Source of the DNA: Acanthaster planci
Lineage: Eukaryota
Length of the DNA stretch: 64,000 nucleotides
Reading direction: 5' to 3'
Assembly: GCF_001949145.1 (NCBI RefSeq)
Contig: NW_019091357.1
Location: 1,120,671 to 1,184,670 of the forward strand
Shown: piece by piece, positions 56,501-64,000 of the stretch
Position numbering within the stretch: position 1 is the stretch's first letter
Layout of the letters: each line of letters starts with the position of its first letter
Notes under the pieces: model-generated
What the model was told of the DNA's origin: nothing
The model's database searches: none
The model's input: only the letters and a program-made list of their open reading frames with translations
Translations under genes and position numbers: made by a program

Positions 56501-59500
56501 AGAATTAGAACCTTGACTTAAATTGATTTGCCCGTAAAAAAAAACCCGGCGTGTGGCTGCTAGGTACGGACATGCAGCTTGATATTCCCGAGCTACCGTG
56601 TTGGCTCAGCTGCGGAGATGGGCCGACACTGCTGCGTCGATATCTCCAACACCAGTCATATGCTGTCCACGATAAAAGCAGACCCATGCATCACCTAAAG
56701 GGACTTCCTCGAAGAAGGCCTTGCACAATCGATATTTAAAGTCCTGCCCTTTGTTGCCACGAAAAAAGCCCTTCATTCCAAAATGCTCCCGAGATACATG
56801 CAAAGTAAGGCACCGCGGAATCCGGTCACGACTTGCATGAAACACATTACCCAGCTTGTAAAAAAAAAGCAGTATGTAATTTCAACTTACATACCGTATT
56901 ATATAAAACTTACCGCATTATTTCTTAATTACGGAGCAGGTGATTTCAGAGTTCATGCTTAAGATGAGGTGTTTAAGTTCTGGTTTTATGTTGTAACATC
57001 TAGCTAGGACAGCTTGTTACCAGAGGGTAAACGTTTGGAATTAAAAACGAAGGTCCCCGGAAATGTCGATCCAATAAATCACCTTTTCGGTCAGCGTTAT
57101 GCCAACACCTCCAAGCAAACTGGGCCCGCGCATGCTTGCGAGTACCTTGAACAGCTATCATTTTCCCAATGGCCGGTTTCTTATCACTAAAAATAAACCT
57201 TTGGTCGGGAGACATTAACAAAAAGATCTACCGCTTTCTTTGTATACCTATACATAGTTTATCCGACAGCCCTTGGCAATTTATTTTTTGTCCGCGATGA
57301 AAGTCTCTTACAATAACACGCATGACTTAGGCAGGTCTTCCACAATTAGAAATGCTTGAATAATTTTGATCTGTTCATGTAGTTCAGCGGCACTATTGTT
57401 GCTATTAAGCTTCTAACTTCAAAGTCAGGATTTTTAAAATCGGCGCAGATTGAGACGAAGACAGATATAACATGAAAACCGTCTCGGTATTTTCCAACGG
57501 CCGCGGTGTGTATAATGCATGTTATTTCGGTTTAAAACTCCAACACAGAAATTCAAAATATTTAGGCGTCAGACTAAAAGCCACCTACGAGACTGATATA
57601 AGAAAGACAGTAAAACAGTTTGAAAAGGGTAATCTGTCGATTTGGTCAAAGTAACATTAGTCACATCTGCGTACATTGTGTATTGAAAGGGAACTTTTAT
57701 TGAGTACATGTAGGCTTATACGTACACCTGCAAAACGGGCGATTCACAATAGCGCGCCTCCAAGAGTTTGCAACGCGTTGGCCAATCACGATGCGCGAAG
57801 TCTGTCTACCCAGTACGTGTTTGAAAAGGTCGACAGATTTCGGGCGCTGTGATTGGCCAACGCCTTGCAAACAATTGGGAATCGCCCGTATAACAGATAG
57901 ATTTTCGTCAAAGGTCTGGTTGTACGGTTGAAGGAAAAAACGGAAAGTGGAGGTTTGCAGATCAAACATATATTGTCTGAGAATGAAATGTCAACATTTA
58001 ATGTTTAGGATTCGATCTCAAGAGTTGCGAACTATTGACATAGTCTTCTTTGACTTGTAATTGACTTAACATGACAAACGCAGCACGCGGCACCGACTTA
58101 ATTAATGTCAATATACGAAGTTAATTATGAATGGGCATCTTGCTGGTCGATCGTCGCCAAACCTGGCTTTTGATCGTAGCCTGATACAACATTGTTTGAA
58201 CTTCGAAATTTGAAATCGGAAACGGCTGGCATGACCGTCTCTGCCAGGGACATGAAGTGTCTGATATACAACACTGTTTGAACCTCGAACTTTAAAAACG
58301 GAAACGGTTGTCATGACAGTCTCTGCCAGCGACGTGAGTCGAGAATCAAAATAAGGGCAAGAATAGTGGCGAGATTAGGCGAAAGACATAAGCCCTTCTG
58401 GTCACGTGTTCAGACTTCAGAAAACCATAAAACAAAAATATTCCGTTTTGTCGTTCATTTCATGTAGGCCTTTCAAATGCCTTTACATTTGTCGCTCAGT
58501 AAAAAATAAAGACTAATAAAAGTCCGTGTAGAAAACCGCCAGTGGAAAAAATAAAAGTAGTAACCTTGTGGATCAAGTCAGTCACCGGTAGCCGATTATC
58601 AAACCATAGCGAGCGCGTATTAAATTCCCAACGTTGCCAGTAATTAGAGTTGGAAATTTGTAATCTGTGTTATCTGTTGGTGAGCACGGCTGTCGCATTT
58701 TGTGTTTTCCTTAGTGCAGTAATTCTCCCGGGGAAAAATTGTTTGTGATTCTTCAAGGATTCCTCGCTTACGGTGTGCCAAACCAACAAAATCGTAGAAA
58801 ATGAAAATGTAGAAAATAACATGCCCATGTTACAAACTATTACTTTAATTTTAATTACCAAAAATTTTACTTTAAACTTCTGACTGATATCTGCTAAATA
58901 TCAGCTTGGTTGCATTTCCGTTTTTAGCCAGAGCCGTTGCCTTGCCTCTCTCATTCGTTGGCGCAGTGCATAGAAAACTTCCATAGATTCTGCTATGGTT
59001 GACGGCTACGTGTATACGGATTTTTTTGCCTGTTCTACAGTGGGAATCCACGTATTTCATTTCCCACAAGCTGCTGTTGTCAGATTGTTGAATGAAATTG
59101 CTGGCAATAAATCAAAGGAAGCTAAGCCTTGACAAGATGCAACCTGGCATCTTGACTTAATCCTCCAGAATCCAGACTCAAAGTGACAAAATACCGATCT
59201 TTTTAAGACAAGGGACTTATCTCGAGAAGATGAAAAGAAAAACTTATGTCTTAAGAGGACAGGAAGATGCAAACAGGATGTGGAGATGTAAATTCCTTTT
59301 TTCCCCTCTCATTTCGCAATTCAACATGGATCATGACACTGACAAACACCCACACCGATGTTTGACAAAGCACCAGTGGAGCATTTGCTCTGTCACGACT
59401 GTCAGACTGCTAAACGTTGGATTATTCTGACAAAAGTGACGCCAATCGGACAAGGAAAATTGAATGTAAAAGTAATACGTGCATGGGTCGAAGAGATTAT

Positions 59501-62500
59501 ATTGGAATAGTCAATTAAAAACCTTTCATTAATTTTGTGCTCTCGCTGAAACAGACTAAGAAGGTGAAAAGAAGACGATAAGGTTGTTTTGCCTCAAGAA
59601 ACGTCTCTAAACCTTTGGCTTACGGTTTTAGTGTGGTACTGGTTGCGCCTTCGTTCACAATGTACCAATTTCCTGCTGCTGGACGGGATTTTGCATTTAG
59701 AAAGAGTGTCATTGCATTTTTGCGACAGGAAAAAACTTCAGACGAGGAAACTCAATTTAATTTTCTCACGTAACTTCTATACATGTAAAAATGAAATCGT
59801 CTTAGTCTGCACGCGCAAAACTATATGCAGAACCTATATTGAAACCGCCATCGAGAAGGGCCACAGTTCCCTAAAAGAATTTCCTAAAAAAACAGTGCGA
59901 TCAAAAACCATCTTGAGGCCATCTCGTATAGTTACGGCAGCTGTCTGCGTTGTTAATTAGCGTCCCGAGAACTCGTCAAAATAATTAGATTCGTCCAACG
60001 TAACGTCCGGTGGCCCTGGATGGACGCCTTGCTGTGCAATTAGATATCACAGGATCGGTCGTTTTTTATATGCGCGGCCTTCACAGAGTTTTTCACTTTT
60101 CCGCTTTCTCGCCACTATAGCGATTAAAGAGCCTCTTGGCGTGTCGTTGGCGGTTGGGTTGAGACGACGTGAGCGCATTTCAATCGCCCCTTGATTTATG
60201 AGATCAGTTATAAGAGGCTAGAAGCTCGTGTGTGTCGAGATGGGGCGGCTTTTTTGGCGCGCAGGCCACTTTGGGTGACAGAACAGGCGGATGCCGAGAC
60301 GAGAATGCGTTCGTGTGTGACAGTCCTAGACACTTCCTGTCAGTTTGGGCGTGTTTCTATCCAAGACGCAATGGTGTTGGTATAAATTATGCTGCGTGAT
60401 CACAGGGCACAGTCGAGGCCTGTGATCGTTTATACTATATGTCGCTGTAGTATATTGTTCGATGCAAATCAATCTGTCTTCTGTTCGCATGCACTCAGAA
60501 AACGCGTGACCTAATGCAAGTGGTAATATTGTAAGGCGTGTTACTATCTCCCCAAGCGTTTCCGCTGAAGGCTTTGGATCTGACATTTCTGGACTCATTA
60601 TGATTCAACGTTCTTTAGGCGACAAAAATCGTCCACGATAAAAACGCGAGATGGAAATTCGTAATTACGGTATTCCGACGTCGAAAATATACAGAACTAG
60701 GAGAAGCCGTGTGCGTCAGTTTTACCAAACACACTGCTCGTAAAAACGGGACTCTGACGCAAGTTGAGAGCGCTCTCGAGATTTTGCAGTTTATCACTGA
60801 CGTAATTTAAAATGGCATTTTGAATAGTCTGGGTTTAGAAGTAAAGAAGCTGAACAAAAAAATCATACCTGTATATAAATGGTCTCAGGTGGTCGCAGCC
60901 GAAAGCTTTGCGGTAAATTGGAATATTTCAGAAGTTTCTTTGATGTATACCGCTCGATTGATTCGTTTGGGGGAAGATTTTCTATCATTTTAGTACAATC
61001 CGTTTTGAACGGCAGGCGAGGACACTGAAACAATCAAGATCAAGTGGGAACCGTTCGTGGATTTGTTCCATTCAGTGATTTGCCCGACTCACTTTCAGAA
61101 TTAGCCGTCACAAAGCCGGTTTATAGTCTGCGGAAATTGATCTATTTAGTCGTTGCATGTGCATGTGGCGAGTTGGCTACGCCTCCCAAACAACATTATG
61201 GCACGTTACGTTGTCTCAGATTTTTGTGAGTGTCGCGTCCGTTTTGTATATTAATGGATATTTCACAAGCTGTGTGGATGCGATGCAACCGCTGTAGGCC
61301 AGTTAGAGCCATTGGTGATTATTGTTTGAGCCGATTCGCGATCAAATGCTCTGCACTGCTCAATTCTGTGTTCCAATAGCACATTACCGAAGGACACAGT
61401 GGTTCTTATATATCAATTCCGAGGAAGGACTTCAGCAAAGCAAAATCATTGCAGTGAGTGAGTAGTAAATCTTATAATGAATTTGTAGGACTTGTTTTCA
61501 TTTAGGTTTGGGTTTTTTATTATTATATTTAAACTCGGAAACAGAGTTTCATGGTAATGATTTCTGGCTAGATGGCCATCAACAAGCAACAACGATATAA
61601 ATGGTAGAGTTATCACAGTATCGGAGACAGACAGTGTAGAACAGAATAAATGTCAACAATACGACAAGCGTTATCCACAATACCAAAATGGGACTGAAAG
61701 CGCATAAATGACTATGGAGCAACACCAAAAAGACAATACAATCCCCCCAAAAAGCATTATACTTACGTAAAATGGTAACCAAGACAGCGTGAATACCATA
61801 GAAAAGACAAGGATCATCACACCGAACCTCATCTCTGTTTTTCCCGTGTCAGGTTGCTTGGGCATCGAAGTCCTCTCGCGTGAGGTGCTCATCGGACGTG
61901 AGGGTCCCCCCTCATCCCTTAAATCTATTGTACTGATGCTGTTTTTAGGCATGTAATCGTATCCACCTGTTCTCTCGTTGGCGTTAGACTGAGGAATGGT
62001 GTTGCTATTCTTGGTGACACTTCTTGAGAAGGCTTTTGTCCCCACTCCTGAGGTTCCATCTTTCAGATGCACCTCACCCTCCGTGGAGTGCTGTACTCTC
62101 GACATTTCGGAGTCGAGAACGGTCACAAAGTGCCTCCTCAACTTCAAGAGTTGCCGGAGCACCACCGAGTTCGCGATATAAGTGATAACAAGGATGCCCA
62201 ACCCCAGCGTGAAAAATATGACGTTAAAACTGAAATCGAAGGCCGTGGCTTTGAATTGGAGGTCACCGGGTGCCAAGCAGTGGTACTCTCCTTGGATGTA
62301 AATGTTGTACGCTCCGAATCCAAACACAGGCAGTAGGCTCAAGACCCCCGCCAATAGAAGAGACAACGTTAGCGTGAGGTACGTTTTACTGCGCGTAACG
62401 TGCACGTGGTAGAAGAAAGGGGCGCCCAGCGCCAGGCACCTGTCGCAGCTCATCAATAAATTCACCAGCCCGGACGCCCAGGAGAAAAAAAGGTTGCTGG

Positions 62501-62870
62501 CTAGGTCCAAGTTGCACTGTATCCAAGTGTCCCGGTATAGGGTCAAACAACAGCCTCGGATGAAGAAGAAAACTGTTGCGCTCGTGTCTGTAGCCAGCAG
62601 GGCCCTCACCAGTATGCCAGGGATAGTTAGTTTGTGTTCTTTATTTTCCTTGGCACACTTGGCGGTTATGAAGACGGCCAAAGCATTGGCTAGGAGTCCG
62701 ACGAAGAGCGTAATCACAATGACAGGTACGAAGATGCGTTCAGTAGCGGGCGACAGATCGAACTCGTCAGGGATATACATCTTTGTGGTACTGGGGAGGT
62801 GTTGGATCGGTGTTGTTGTGAGGTTCAAGTGGACAGGTGCGATAGTCGATAGAACCGTGTCATTACCCAT
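53546..62870 (-). CDS. Rhodopsin-class GPCR, prostanoid-receptor-like (EP-like), ~520 aa
   Basis: complement(join(53546-53736,54561-54828,61767-62870)). Seven hydrophobic segments, TM3 MSCDRCLAL..PFFY, TM4-ECL2 LLPVFGFGAY...HCL, TM6 SWLPFY followed by a phase-0 intron (as in prostanoid receptor genes), TM7 LNHVIDPFVY (DPxxY variant). The last exon is less certain than the first two. Confidence 0.88.
58181..58338. repeat. Two-copy ~80-bp tandem duplication
   Basis: CTGATACAACATTGTTTGAACTTCGAA...CGGAAACGG...CATGAC.GTCTCTGCCAG.GAC.TGA repeated at 58181 and 58261. Confidence 0.85.
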
Positions 62871-64000
62871 GTCGTACCCACCTATACACCTGAGGATTAG
62901 CACTTAAGATTCGGCACTGGCACCGTCAAACCTGAGCGCTGCGTGGTTTACCTCAACAGTCAAGTCATGGTCTTTACATCTCGTCGGAATGACGGAGTGC
63001 GGGTCGGGAGAAAAAACTGGAGTGTTCCCAGCCGGTTGGCGCTCCAGCTCTCTAGTGTTGATTCTCTGGGGTAATGATTAACGAGCATACATTTGAATAT
63101 GAGGATACATTTAACATTATTGACTAAGGTAAACTCGAGGGATATTACATTGTGCTTAACCAGTCTAGTGTAACGATTAAAAATATATATATATATGCTG
63201 GTGCATTATTAATGATTGAGGAAATATTTTTGCGAAACGTGCCTGCCGTGTTAGTCTGTGGTCGCGTACCCACAGCGGACTAGGAACATAACAAGCAACA
63301 GGCTTCGCGGGCCAGTAAAGGCTTTTATTCCGAGTAACGGAAAAATGAGCTGTACACCGCCAAAACGTGGAAAAAAAATCGGCTTTGTTTACAACAGACT
63401 TCACTTTAGGGTCAGTAAAAATTGAATTGTTACAAATCAACGTTAGATGCTAAGAAACAGATCAGCCTCCGTCCGCCAAAATAAATACCTCTCACGGATA
63501 GTTGAAATGGGGTGGAATTTGCTTTTCGAATAGTGCTAAAAAGTCTGAAGTAGTGACAAGAGACTTACCCGAAGCAGCCTGTGGCCCAAATGTTTGTGAT
63601 GTTGCCTTTCTACCTTTGATATTCTCAGGTTTTACCCGGTCGGTTGTTGATCCCCGACTGGAGGTTATCGTTTTGCTTCCTCTTCCAATCATTTAGTTTC
63701 CTTCTATCAGTCGGTGTGTTCACCCAAACTATACCGACAAAGGAGAAAGTCTAGCTTCGTCGAATTCTCATTTCCAGGCAAGATTTGAGGCCGTTAATAG
63801 TCCGTAACGCAAGCTGCTTGTAGTTCTTCACCAAAACCATCCAGATTTGTTTGCCCAATGCGGTGTCAGGTTTATCTTCGCTGCGCTAATTTTCCCGCGG
63901 TCTATATTGACAACCAGCCCGGGCCAAGTATTCTACAAACTGCACGCTGATTTATCGCCAAGACACCGTACACGCGTGTTGCATTACCGCAACAACTCTG

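Noticed and set aside
58181..58338. CRISPR-like or regulatory array
   Set aside because: Only two diverged tandem units with no spacers, in a eukaryotic context.

Overview
This is eukaryotic (animal) genomic DNA, and the gene style and repeats suggest an invertebrate deuterostome such as an echinoderm (inference only). Four intron-containing protein genes could be assembled by hand with GT-AG junctions and consistent phases. (1) A GPI-anchored, two-lobed melanotransferrin-like gene (+, 14 coding exons, 6406-23885, ~751 aa). (2) A BTB-BACK-Kelch gene resembling KLHL24 (+, 2 coding exons, 30907-32921, ~627 aa). (3) The RTEL1 Fe-S helicase (+, 30 coding exons, 35585-49574, ~1571 aa). (4) A prostanoid-receptor-like GPCR (-, 3 coding exons, 62870-53546, ~520 aa). 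Introns carry MITEs, tRNA-derived SINEs and a decayed RTE-type LINE, and there are two assembly gaps. I found no convincing wholly new biological system. The best leads are: a ~1.1 kb diverged direct repeat bracketing the melanotransferrin gene (likely a tandem paralog upstream), iron ligands intact in both melanotransferrin lobes, a prostanoid-like receptor lacking the TM7 Arg with alternative C-tail donors, and an RTEL1 C-terminus that is a large low-complexity exon followed by apparent frameshifted or decayed RING remnants.
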